A stretch of 64,000 bases of DNA from Sphyrna mokarran. Lineage: Eukaryota. Both the position numbers and the translations under genes were made by a program. The stretch covers positions 99,262,001-99,326,000 of the forward strand of contig JAGIQG010000009.1 of NCBI GenBank assembly GCA_024679065.1, in the 5' to 3' direction. Shown in pieces: positions 23,340-35,989 of the stretch (its first letter is position 1; each line of letters begins with the position of its first letter). The notes under the pieces are model-generated. The model had not been told where the DNA came from. It did not search any database and was given only the letters and a program-made list of their open reading frames with translations.

Positions 23340-25260
23340 GCCGAGAGTGATTATGGCACATATTTCCGGCCCATCGAAATCTTGTCGTTTCTTGGCAGGC
23401 AATCCAATGAGCACCATTTCTCCGCCCCAGCCCTCGAGAAATGCAAACGTATTTTCCTCTACTGGACCTCAATTTCATTTTGAAATCTTTGACATTTTCT
23501 GAGCTCTTCTCTCTCATAGGCAGCGAATTCCAGGTTGCACCGAAGATTTTCTGCGAGCCTGTTGCCCAGAACCACATCTTTCGCTTCTCTCTTGTACGAC
23601 AGGGTAAAGAAACTGTTTGATTTGTATGCCGAATTGAAACATGGCATAACACGTGCTCCCTCACGAACATCCACCTTCCCAATCTCATGTTATACTAATA
23701 GAACCGTACTAGCTTTTCCAATTGAAATCATGTACCAAAAATCGCGGGTTCCAATTTTATCTGCTTTGAATCTTCTCATCATTCCCAAAGTGTGGTACCT
23801 AGGACTGTTCACGCTACTTTAGTTGTGGTTTAATCAGAGCTTTATGCATATTCAGCATCGTTTTATAAAGTCGGAATCCTATTTCTTTTCCTAATTGCTT
23901 CATGTTCAAAAACATATGCACACTATCCCTCATTTTCTCTTGATAAGTACCAGCGTATATCATTCTCCAGTCTGAAAAAATAGCCATATACTTTGACTCA
24001 ATGTTTTCTCTCTTTAAGCCTTTGTTAAAATCGGATCTACATATAGTTTCCTCTTCACAGGTTTCCTGTTTTCTGACAATAATTACACATGGACTTTAAA
24101 TTAAAACAATTCACACAACATTCATGGCATCTCCTTAATCCACTGCCTCCATCATTTCATTAAGATTATTCAATTAAATATTTAATTGATCTGCCTTTAC
24201 ATATCAGCTATCCTTAGCTGAATACTCTCCGAGACTCTGCTAAATCGTTCTGTGTTTATTGCTCATGAAGGATTACCCATCATAATGTTAAACTTATTGG
24301 TCTGTCGCTACCAGGGACCTCCGGCCACTCTTTCGAGATTATTCCTATCACATTTACCGTCCTTCTGTTCTCTTGCAACCCACTCCCATCATGCGAGGTT
24401 TGCAATAACATAACAATTCTGTCCCCCTCCATCGCAGCACCCCCCCCCCACCTTACGCCCAACATTCCACCACACACAAATCTTCTGGAGCCATGTGCGT
24501 TCATCGGTCAGATGACTTATTCTTTCTCAGCATAGTCAGAATTTCTCGTAAAAACTGCATCATACCGTCCACTACCTCACCATTTTGTGACCTTTCAACA
24601 TGCATTCCCACAATTAACGCTGATACAAAGCCTTTAAATGTTCTAGCCCTGGCCTGCATTTCTGAATATTTAGCATAATGGCCCTAATTTATCCATCCCT
24701 CTCCTTCCAACCTGCTGAGATTTACATGCCTGTTTAAAAGCTTCGGATTGCTTTTATGCTGGATGTCTACCTGAATATGGCTGAACGAATCCACGTGATA
24801 GATCATCATGCGTCTCTTCCTCATTCATCAGTTTTTAAAATGCTCTCCGTAATCCAAAGACCGTTGATACTGTTATCTATTGCCCTTGCGTTACTGTACA
24901 TCGTCAGTCCATGAAACATCTCTTACTCAAATATCTCTCACTATTGCCAAATCTGATTGTGTTCGATTCCATTTCACTCCGGCTGAATCCGCATTCACAC
25001 CATCGCGGTTTCCGCTCCTCCTGATCGAGTTTGGCTTCAGATTGTTACTTATTCTACTTCAATTTAAAAAATATTTTATGGAGCTCTGATCACACGTTCC
25101 CATGTATTGTCCCATGGCCAATAGATCCAATCGCCCATTTAATTCCGTAGCATCAGATCCAGCAAAACATTCAACTAGTTTGACCGAGCGCATACTGGTG
25201 AAGGAAGTTCTCTAGAACATATTTCTGTAATACTCCCTTTCCTTATGCGCTCATCTAATA
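23340..25260 (-). mobile_element. Old CR1 ORF2 remnants
   Basis: PGSDRPISLTL (NYRPVSLT-like) at ~24290-24320 and a WNSLP-like 3' region at ~23520. Confidence 0.6.
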
Positions 25261-26101
25261 CATTTTCCTCCTATATTTGTGTCCCTTTAGAACCCATAGG
25301 ATCAGTACATTTGTTGCTCTTCAACAGCTCTCTGATGCCCATGTGTGTCTGTCGGCAGGGCGATTGGACAAACTGTCACTGGTCGATTTATTGTCTTATT
25401 TGGCATGGTTTTGATCTTATTGGAGGCATAAGCCTTCCCAGCTTCACCGCCACGTAATGAAACTATTCACATTTCTTTCAGTGGCTTGCATGCTACTGCG
25501 ATGTTGAAGTACTTACATTCGTCACACTACTGGAGACAGGGGTAGCGGCAGATCGCTGTCATTGGCCTCCGGCCACCTCTTGAGGTGTTTTCCTTCCCCG
25601 CGAAGGTGGGCTTACAGCTCCAGAGAGAGATTATTTCATAGATCCAGATGTGCTCCTTTTCAAAATGGAGACGAACGCGTATTGTCTCATCCAACAGTAG
25701 AAAACATCCAATTCTGCCTGTTGATTTGTCAGCCAGCAACATAAAGGGATATTCAAGAAATCCTCGAGGAAACACAGAAACAATTCTTGAACCAAATCAT
25801 TATGAGAATCTGGAAATTAGTCACACAGGGAAAAAATCACCCAAGCTGAGGTGATCTGTCAGGCTCAGAAACCACCATCAGACTAAAATGAATTTTAAAA
25901 AGTCCAACTTTTTATGAACGCAGTTGGCGCTAATGACACGTTGCTCACCGCCTAACACATATGGCTTGTTTCCTACCCCTCTTGCTTCCAGCCCAGAAAG
26001 AATTCCATATTATTTCGCCTCAGATGTCAGAAACTAACCTAACACAATCCAAGAAAAGACATGTTTGCCTGCTTATGTGACTAGATTTATGAATATTTTA
26101 C

Positions 26102-26125
26102 CTGCCACTTCCTTTATCTTTTGAA
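26102..26125 (-). CDS. 24-nt microexon, VQKIKEVA
   Basis: gttttcttgcatcaacag|TTCAAAAGATAAAGGAAGTGGCAG|gtaaaa. Confidence 0.77.
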
Positions 26126-26424
26126 CTGTTGATGCAAGAAAACATTGAAATTGGAAAGCAGCAGATCATTCCTGTGCTTCCGTTAATTCGTTTTCCGTGC
26201 GGCATGTACAAGGTCGTTTCATCCAGTGTGGAATACCATATGACTATTACCCCTTCAGCTGTGCGAAATGATGAGTTAAGCGATATACGTTTACTTGGGC
26301 GAACGAGAGAGTAAAGTCGTATCCAATTAGCCGTTGTGTTTTCAAGCAGACTTCGATCGAATATGGCTTTGAATAAGGATGGGAGAGATGCCTGCCACTC
26401 TGCCTATCAAATTAAGAATTACAG

Positions 26425-26940
26425 AGCTCATAGAGCCATAGAGGTCTACAGCAGGGAAACAGGCCTTTCGGCCCAACTTGTCCATGCCACCCTTTTTTAT
26501 TTTAAAGCCGTAAACTAATCCTAATTACCCATATGTCGATATACCTCCATACCCATCTTACCCATGCAACTGTCTAAATGCTTTTTAAAAGACAAAATTG
26601 CACCAGCCTCTACTACTACTTATGACAGCGTGTGCAAGACACTATCCTCTGTGAAAAAAAAATTACACCTCTGGAAACTTTTGTATCTCTCTCCTCTCAC
26701 CTTAAACCTATGCCCTCTAGTTTTAGATTCCCCTACCTTTGGGAAAACATATTGACTATCAAGTTGATCTGTGCCCCTTATTATTTTATCGACCTTGAAA
26801 AGATCGCCCTCAGCCTTCTAAGCTCCAGAAAAATAATCTACCCAGTCTCTGCTTAGAACTCAAACTATCAAATCTGGATAGCATTTTAATAAATCTTTTC
26901 TGCACTCTTTCTAGTTTAATAATGTCTTTTCTATAATAGT
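26425..26940 (-). mobile_element. CR1 (HER1-like) 3' end
   Basis: YRKDIIKLERVQKRFIKML; near-collinear with 40405-40920. Confidence 0.9.
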
Positions 26941-27829
26941 TCTGAAATCTTAACTGGCCATTTAATAAGACAAACTGGCTATTTATCACTTTTCTTCTCT
27001 TACTGAGGCAGAAACATGCCAAATCAAAAGGAATAAAGGAATTTCACTACTTCCGCCGTCCACTAGGCATCAGCTAAGCAGCCAGGGGAAACGCATCATT
27101 AAGATGAAAATTAAAATGTCAAGAAAATGGATTTTGATGAACCAGGAGAAGATACTGAGTTAGGGCCATGCCTTCGGTCTGAACGCACATGACATGATTC
27201 TGTCCGGGTGCGATTGCATTCTTCTTCAATTGTGGTGACTACGTATTTTGGAGGAGTTATTGCCGCTAGTATGCCAGGCTTTTGATGCGATTTAGTTCAA
27301 TTCATTATTGTCACATGCATTGATACACATCGAAGTGTTGTTTCTTGTCCGCGATATGAATGCCCTTCGTGCAAAATAATTTTCAGGTCTCAGACAGGGG
27401 CCCACCGCTAAGTAACAAAGGACGTGTGAATCGGCGGACAGTTGAGCGGAAGGACTGGTGTTGGGCTGCAATCCTTGGGACTCTGGGGTCCGCAGCTGGG
27501 TTAACTCCACACCAGTTGTTACTGCGGTATGTGCGACTTTAATCAATTGGCATTTATGTTTCATTTCCCAGATTTGGGCTTCTGAAAACTCAGGTCAGAC
27601 AGCATGAAATACATGGTGTCAAATTGGTCAAATTGATCAATCTTTTTTTCCTTTGTTAATTACATATTCAAACATGTTTTCGACGTTTACATTGAAACAT
27701 GAAAAATGTCCCCACGAAGTTCGCAGAAGAAACAGCATCCAAGCTGATTGATTGCACGAAGTGACACTACTAAATTGGGATCTGGTGCTATAGATGAACA
27801 AAATAAAATCTAATGTGACATAGCAATCT

Positions 27830-28310
27830 ATGTCTTGCTAATTGTTACAATGCAGGAGTAGATCCTTCGGCCCATTGGGTTTGCAATATCTCTGAAAGAG
27901 CATCTTATCCAATTCCACTCGCCTACCTTGTACATTTCTTTTTGTTTTTAGATAGGTTCCCTTTCTAATACCTTCATCGAACATCTCATTGTACATTGTA
28001 CACTCCATCCATTCACTACGTGAAAACAAACATGCTCACGTCACTTCAGATTCTTTTGCCTAATATTTCGAATCTGTGCTCTTTAGGGCTTGACACTTTC
28101 TCTGGAGGGAACAGTTATTCACTATTTTGACGCGCCCGTTGCCTTTAGGATGCTGAATCCACCTATCAAGCCTTCTCTTAATCTATTTTTCCTTTAAGGA
28201 AAACAGACGCAATATCTCTGAACTATCCTTATGGATACAACTTTTCCTCTTAGAATCATTACCGGGAATCTCTTCTGCGCTCTATCCAATGCCTACATAT
28301 CGTTCCTTCA
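27830..28310 (-). mobile_element. Old CR1 3' end
   Basis: Degenerate ALDRAQKRFP and a CR1-type tail. Confidence 0.6.
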
Positions 28311-29134
28311 TTGGGTATTCTATCGATGTTAAAGAGGCTAGAGAACGAGTACTGCTGCGAAGTTAGAATGTTTAAGACGTTATCAAAATATCCAACTACT
28401 GGTTTTGCAATTAATTCTGACTACAGAATCCAATGACGTGTGGAAAAAAATGATGTATGCACGATTAATCACCATGTAGCAAATTAGTTTTGGCATTGGG
28501 TGCTAATCCTTTCCAATAAGTTGTGATTCATGTACTCTGAATTGACTTGTGTAAGAATGTTGTTTGTATAGCTCACGTTTCCTTTGATGGAGGGGTGGTG
28601 GGCGGGGAGAGGGTGGGGGGGGGGGTGCGGGGAGGGTGGTCGAGTTGGGTGGGAGTTGAGAAGAGGGGCGTATATCAGTACATATTAATCCAAGCCGCCA
28701 ATAAACTTATCAGATATAAACAAGCAAATTACTATGGACGCTGTGATTTGAAGGAAAAGGTAGAAACCAGGAGCATCTCAGCGGGTCGGACAGCATTTGT
28801 GGAGAGAGAATAGTGCTACCATTGGATCTAACGTAGGAACTATGTTGATGGATGGAATTGTTCAGGTCCTCGTTGACGGTGGCGAGTGTTAGAGTGATCG
28901 TTGCAGATCCTTAATTAGCGGAAAGTTTCAAACAAACACCAAGAAATTCTTTAACCACTCTCTGTGGCTAAGGTTGCCGACGGAGGCATGAATATCTGTT
29001 ACATCCCAGATGTAATATTCATCAACGCAATTACTTATAACTGTTTGAATATGATTTGATTCTATGACAATCAAAAATGAAAGGAAATTTGAGTGATATT
29101 TTAAAGAATAACCTTATACAATTTAATACTTTAC

Positions 29135-29161
29135 CAAGCTGTAGACGCAATCTCTCGTTTT
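29135..29161 (-). CDS. 27-nt microexon, ENERLRLQL
   Basis: actttctttttcag|AAAACGAGAGATTGCGTCTACAGCTTG|gtaaag. Confidence 0.8.
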
Positions 29162-29374
29162 CTGAAAAAGAAAGTTGAAAGAGTGACGAAAACTTCAACG
29201 TTACTCAGTTCAAATAATTCTCTCGCACTCACCAAGGTTAATCTTCCATGAGAAATGGAGTGTTTGGACCCTGTTCACAGGGTCCTCTTTTAATCTAGGC
29301 CTCTGCAAGGAATGTATCAAGAAACAAATAAAACGGAGAGATGGAATTTTACTGTTAGTAACTATTCATCTTAC

Positions 29375-29392
29375 CTTTTTTAAGTGGTTCCT
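29375..29392 (-). CDS. 18-nt microexon, KEPLKK
   Basis: ctctgtttcttctcccag|AGGAACCACTTAAAAAAG|gtaaga. Confidence 0.8.
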
Positions 29393-29599
29393 CTGGGAGA
29401 AGAAACAGAGGTGTTATGTTATGACTGCATAGTGAAGTCATGGGGTGAAGATCTGTTTGGCATTCGTTCAAGAAAAGTGCTTCAGCTTGGCAATGTTACA
29501 GTTCTCAAACATGTTGGCGCTTGGCAACAACGTAAATCTCACCACATTCCTTTTCAAAGAGAGTTATTTTTGTTTATAAAATCTATAACATCACAATGA

Positions 29600-30100
29600 T
29601 ACGCATTGACAAGAAAGGTTTACCAGGCTGATTCCTGGGATGGCAGATGTGTCAAATGAGAAGACATTAATTCGACTAGCATTATATTCACTACAGTTAG
29701 AAACATAGAAGGGATATCACAGAAACTTATAAAATTCTAACAGGGTTAGACAAGGGAAATTCAGAAAGTATATTTAAAATGGTGGGGGAGTCCAGAACCA
29801 GAGATCATAGTTTGAGAATAAGAGGTAAACCTTTTAGAATCGAGATAAGGAAAAATTTCTTCATCTGATGTTGAATCCGTGGAATTCATTACCACAAAAC
29901 GTAGTTGAGGCCGAAGCTTTGTCTGATTTCAAGAAAAAAAAATAGATATAGCTCTAGGAGCTAAAATGATCAAGAGATATGGGAGGGAGGTAGGATCAGG
30001 GCTTTGAATTAGATGATTAACCATGATCAAAATGAATGGCAGAGCAGGCTCGAAGGGCCGAATGGGCACCTCATTTTTCTTGTTTTTGTTTTCCTATGTT
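29600..30100 (+). mobile_element. CR1 3' end
   Basis: RRFTRLIPGMA..., ETYKILTGLD and WNSLPQ; tail gaatggcagagcaggctcgaagggccgaatgg. Confidence 0.85.
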
Positions 30101-30299
30101 TTTTCTCTGAATATGTGGTAAAAATTACACACTTGGACACCAGACATTGCAATGGTTTCACTGATTAACGACCGCAACTTACAGTTTCACATCATTACAA
30201 TCGCAACATATAGATCAATGGTGATGTAATGCAGAATTTCATTTGAGTGTCAATCTTGGAAGGAGCTAACTTGATTTTCTGCCCAATAGATACAATTCA

Positions 30300-31040
30300 T
30301 AATTCTGAGGTGTGCCAGACCAGTTAGGATAATTGGTAAGTGCAATCTCTGCAACATCTGCCTGAAGCATCCAATCAGTCTGGAGTGGATGCTTCAGCAA
30401 ATTAGCACGGAGAAAGTTATTAATTTACCTAGTAGTTCGTGCATAGATTTAACGCTGCAATACCCAAGAACAAGGCAAGGCCGGACTATCCTGACAATTC
30501 TGCATGATCAAGTGAATGATGCAAGTACATACAATGAAGAGTGGAATATCGGTTGGAATAATCTGCATCATTATGCTCATTGCTCGCAATTTCAAATTGT
30601 GTGATTCGTGGCATTGGGTGAGCCGCCTGGCTGAACATGTCTGCACAGATCCCGTATAATCTAACTTGGTGTTGATGGTATCTGTATTGATAGGCCTTAT
30701 AAGTTATTGCATCCTTGTAAGGATTGTTATGCTTTAAATTCAGCCATGCGTGTCGCTGGCTGGCCAACATTTGTCGCCCATTCCTACGTGCATTTGAGAA
30801 AGTGGTGGTGAACTACCTTCTTGAAACGCTGCAGTCCACGTGCTATGGGTTGATCCAGAATATCATTAGGAAGGGAATTCAAGGATTTTGATCCAGTGAC
30901 TGTCAGTATAGTGATTGGCTTGGAGGAAATTTGTTTGTGCCTGCACTCGTTCTTCTGGCTGGAATTTGTCATGGGGTTGGATGGTATTGTCTAAGGAGCT
31001 TTGATGAATTTTTGCAGTACCTCTTGTAGATTATATTCAA
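30300..31040 (-). mobile_element. CR1/L2-group LINE fragments (C-terminus NSLPN...GLQRFKKVVHHHFLK)
   Basis: ORF 30784-30972. Related copies at ~18735-19020 (-), ~21660-22180 (+), ~44360-44960 (-) and ~47390-47840 (-). Confidence 0.7.
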
Positions 31041-31504
31041 ATAGAAATTGTTCATATCATTTGATGCTCTAACATCGTAGGAATTATATCAATTAATTGG
31101 AAAATATAAAAAGGAAGATGACTACTGCAAGGGATGGATTTGATTTGATATCGATTTGCTTGAAACATAACCAACGAGCATTATCTGCGGACTGAAAAAT
31201 AGACAGTGTCCTTTGTGTCGAAGATATCATAAAGGGCATAAATCAATTTTATTTGCACAATTCGCAAATTTTTTTTTTCCTTTTGGAAACGGAATTTGTC
31301 CCAGAGCGGTTTATCGAAGGAAAACTGATGCCAACCTCTTGAAAGGAGGCTACTATCTATTACATAACACAGAAAAATGAGCAAATAAACTGATAGATTG
31401 GGATTATTTAAAAATAGATCAGCTCTTAACAGGCGATGTACACCTTGGCGGCACTTTGCTGCAGAAATATTTATTGATCCTATTCAATGCCTGCTTGAGA
31501 TATT

Positions 31505-31800
31505 TTTAGCCATGGCTTATGTGGTAGAACACGGGTAATTGATCCAGACGTTAAGGGTAAAATCTTTACTCTCTTTGTTCGAAGCTACAATTTAGGTCAA
31601 TGTATCACTGAGGGAAAGCTACACAGTTGGTTGCGCCATATCTTGGATACGTCATTAAAATTAGTTCTCATTTTTACTTTGCGGTGAATGAAAGCTCGGA
31701 AGTTGCTCGTTAGATCAAGAGCGTGACTATTCTTCTGGTGAGACCCACTTTGTATTTACCTCGGAACAAACCAGACCAAAAAGATTCACATATCCGTTGC
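31505..31800 (+). mobile_element. Ancient DeuSINE/SacSINE-like remnant
   Basis: actgagggaaagctacacagttggttgcgccatatcttggatacgtcattaaa resembles the Deu-domain core; recalled from memory, not aligned. Confidence 0.4.
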
Positions 31801-32217
31801 ATAATTCCTGCTTGTTGGAGGTTGATGTTCATGAAATGATTATCACCCTTTCCACAAGAGCAAGTTTGATTTCGTTCCAAAGTTATTTTGTTATGCACAT
31901 TACATTCTCTGAAGTCGTGGTTTGTGAAAACTGTTATACCAGCAGTAAACTTCCTTTAATGCAATTCGTTGCCATTAGGGCAACACTGTGGCACAAATAG
32001 ATAACTGACTCATCGCGCTAGGGCAGAGTTTAATTCCACTCTTGTGTGCCCTTCTGCATGGACTTAGAATTGACTATGTTAAAGCTCTCCTTAGCTTCCA
32101 AAGATGTGTAGTTTAGGTGGATTAACCATTATCCAGTCGCTTGTGGCTGAAGGAGATAAAAATTTCGACGATTATGTCTGCTGATTTTGAGGCACTTGAG
32201 GCAATTGTTGGACTTAC

Positions 32218-32361
32218 TCCACATGGGAAGAATGTTCCCTTCCCGGAATACAATATTAAGCATATGTTCTGACTTCTGGCACAAATCAACTATGTTCCAA
32301 ACTATTCCAAAATCAATACTTTGTTGGTTCAACTTCTTAGTTATTCTGCCACCCACTGAAT
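32218..32361 (-). CDS. Candidate 144-nt phase-1 exon, NSVGGRITKKLNQQSIDFGIVWNIVDLCQKSEHMLNIVFREGNILPMW
   Basis: ccattcccattag|ATTCAG...ATGTGGA|gtaagt; open and symmetric in phase 1; no domain recognised. Confidence 0.4.
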
Positions 32362-32560
32362 CTAATGGGAATGGTTGACAATGTCAATATCGCAAATGTA
32401 TTATTCGCAACAAAAAAGTAGAGGGATTGTAAATTACGGGTTGGTTTAATATAAAGAGGTAAGTAGACTAATTGTTCTGTACACTCACATTACAAATTGC
32501 ACATAAACATGAATACTGAACTTAGATTTTACGATTACCGAATGAGGAATAATAAATTAC

Positions 32561-32581
32561 TTATGCATTTCTGTAGAATTC
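32561..32581 (-). CDS. 21-nt microexon, RILQKCI
   Basis: aattaactttag|GAATTCTACAGAAATGCATAA|gtaatt; resembles the 9863-9883 exon (starts GAATT, KC at the same position). Confidence 0.6.
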   Translation of the reverse strand, partial: EFYRNA

Positions 32582-32815
32582 CTAAAGTTAATTTGTGTTG
32601 TTCACATCATTCTAATCAATGCAGAACATTCCCCTTTCTCAGAAATGCAGTTATCCACGGAAGAAAAGGTAGATAGATAGTTAGATAGATACATAGACAA
32701 ATACCGATGTTGCGGGATATGTAAAATCTTCCTTGTTTCAGTTCTATTCAGCCTTCTCCCACAATGCTTTTTTCCGTTGGGTGATGATTATTTCCGTACT
32801 CATTTGTTCGCTTAC

Positions 32816-32821
32816 TTATAG
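32816..32821 (-). CDS. Candidate 6-nt microexon, PI
   Basis: tttgatgtattttctag|CTATAA|gtaagc; frame-preserving but short enough to arise by chance. Confidence 0.4.
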   Translation of the reverse strand, partial: L

Positions 32822-34147
32822 CTAGAAAATACATCAAATTTGCTTCAATTTCTACCCTCCCTGTTCTCTCGACAGCACTCGGCGCATTTCTGAATCTTCC
32901 CGTTCCTTTCTCGACTTCTCTGTCTCACCTGTGGGGATGGTTAGCCTACCAAAATTCCTTATCCCTCGGTCGCATCGACAATCACTTCAAATACAATCCC
33001 CCGCACACATTTGTTTTATGAGCTCCAATCCTTTGTTTCAGTTTCCTTGTCTGCATTGCAGCTTTTCTGGTTTTTACTGACTTCTGCAGCGGCATTTCCG
33101 GCATGTTTTACTTTCCATGAACCGAGTATCCGCTTAAAAAATATTTGACAAGCGGCAATTTGTCTGTGCTTCTCTAAGTTTAGTAATTTGTATTCATAGT
33201 TTACAATTCGGCCTTCACTATACGGAGGAAATTAAACGCAAGTTGGCTGAAAGGTTGTGGAACAGCTTCGCTCAATGGGTAAGTATGCAATATTTCTCTT
33301 GTTGCCACGTTTATCGAATCACCCCTTGCGCTTATATTTGCATTTTTATGTAAGACCGGCTGTAGGGCTCCAGTCAGTCTCTAAGGAAGTTTAATGACAC
33401 CATTTTCAAATTACACACTTCTGCAGTCTTGTGCACTTGTCAAAAGCTTCAGACCATGAAATATCTTTTTTTGTTTGTTTGCTCTCTGCCTTGAAGGCGG
33501 ATTTTTTCTTCAGACGGAATATATCTTTTGGCTAACGTCATCAACTATTCTAGGCAAGGATTGTTTCCTTCCTAAAACTAGTACCAATCCTTCGTTTTTT
33601 GTTCCATGCCATTGTTGTTTTTAAACTCGATTTCCAGTTACTCTATCACAGAATTTTCATTTTGTCCTACTCTCAGTTTCCCGTTTCAATATGATTAGCG
33701 CCAAGCCATTTCTACCTTTCTTCAATACTGAAGGAGATTCATTCGATTAGGTAGATGACCTGTTTTTCCCCTCTCCACAGGTGCAACCGGATCTGCTGGA
33801 GATTTCGCATTATTTTCTGCTTACACTCAAAGTAGAGAGATAATAGGTAGGGAGACATAAATGTAGATTATTTGAGACAGAAGGAAAAGCAGGCCAAGGA
33901 TTGAACCATGCATAAGGGAGAAGGCGAGAAACGGGGTGTGGGAGTGGGGGTGAGAGGAGGGAGAGAGCGACAGAGAGAAAAAAGCGTGGCCAAATATATC
34001 ATATCATTATAAGCGAGTAATATGGATAAAACTGACCTTCAAAATGCCTCTTTAAATTGGCAACCTATCTCAAGAACTGAATGATTTTGTGCCAAGCAAA
34101 CACTGCAAGGTTTTTCCACATTTATCACAATCATTTTGCATACTCAC

Positions 34148-34162
34148 GATTTGTTAAAACAC
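34148..34162 (-). CDS. 15-nt microexon, RVLTN
   Basis: gattaccgttgcag|GTGTTTTAACAAATC|gtgagt. Confidence 0.62.
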
Positions 34163-35989
34163 CTGCAACGGTAATCATTATCAGAGGTATTAACATTGCC
34201 TTGCTTGTCATTGTCAGTGTCCATGAGTCCATTTTGAAATGATTAATTGTATACAATTTTGATAAACTATTTCACCGACATTTCACAACGCTAATTTATG
34301 TTGAGACATGCGGCATTATGTGTATTTTTGCTCGACTGTTGCTTGGCCTAATTTTAAAGGAGACAAATAGAAATGAAGGCAAGTGACGTAGTTGAGTATA
34401 CAGATATATGGATGACAAATACTTAAATTATAAACCACTGTCGATTAATAATTGTCTAATAATTACTGCTAATTCATTTAACATGTAGCCATTCTCATGA
34501 TATCGCATTGTTCACAAAAAATTACTTACTGTCCATCCCTAATTAAGCACCCAAACTTGAACGCAATTTAATTGCTCATTAGGCGAATTTTGAAGGAGGT
34601 TTAGGGTCAATACGTTGGAATTGAGATCAGGATGAGGTATACGACACATTAGCTCAGAACGCCAAAGTTTCTGTTCAGTCGTACACGATCGACTTGACTG
34701 ATATTGAATCCTTTGCCGATGTCTTATTGTTCATTGGCACGAGATGCGTTTTCATTTCATAGGACACCAACTATCTGAAGCACGGTTGGTTAGGAGTTAA
34801 ATAATATAACTAATGAACATAAATATACTTCTTAGAATAACAAAAGCAATCTTCTACAATGAAAATTAATTCACTGAAATAGTTTGCTGGAAATGCAATG
34901 GCAAATGATTAAGTCATAATTTTGTAAGTATAAATGTCTTTCTAAAACACATTTTTCTCTTGACAAACTAGAATCCTTCCCCCAGAGGGGAATGATAACA
35001 AAAACGTTGAAATTAAGTATTATAGTTCTTTTACCATCTCATTGATAATGATGTATAAGAATTCATTTACTGGGAAAGACAACGTGAACATGTCCGATGG
35101 TTAGAATATAGTCTCGGCACAATTAGGGTTAGATTTTGCCCTGTGCATGCTCGCTGGTTTATCTAATACCTGGTTCAGAAACTTGAGCATATGACATATT
35201 CATTTCAGCATAATGTACAACAACATTTTTTGGACTCCTATTTTCATTTTCGCAATATGAATTGTAACAACTGTCCATATAGCATATGAACTGATAAACA
35301 TTGCCTCATTTCTCAATAATCACTTCATTTAAAGTATCCATCTGCATGATGATATTCTTCATATGAAACTAATCAGAATCGTCAGTTCTATTTCAACTTT
35401 TTGTTCCTGGAATGAGGTTTCTGACCATATTTCTGAAATTGTTTCGCTGCTGAATGTAGGTGCAATAATTTCATCGTTGCTTCTCACTTGTCATAATGCC
35501 GTGGACACCCAAATTCAAACTGTCGATCGGATAGAAAGACTACTTCCTTGGAACAATATGTTTCATCCAATCTTTCTTAAATGCCGCATCATTTTCATCC
35601 AGATAGCTTTGCTGAAAAGAAAATTGTCCTTAACTTCGCAAAATTTCACTGGCACACTCCACTTTCCTCGACTACCATCACCAGACCTGAATTTACCACC
35701 TTCCTATATTGTTAGGCGCTCTTCAGAATGTTACATGAAAGTGATATTTTACTACATTCACAAATTTACCAATGTTGTCAAGTATAAATGGATATAAATG
35801 GTTATACTACTCCAACGGCAAAACAAAGGCTGCAACGGAGATAAGATTCATGACGGGCAGCTGACCATTCTGTCCAAGATTCTGCTCCACCATTCAACCG
35901 GACCATGGCGAGCTGGATATAATCTTCAAATCCACATTTCAGCCTTTTGCACATGATTGAAACCTTATCGATATCAAAACAACCTGTCA

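Noticed and set aside
29233-29270. 38-nt unit with a strong gtgagt donor between two real microexons
   Set aside because: Poor acceptor, length not a multiple of 3, very short downstream intron.
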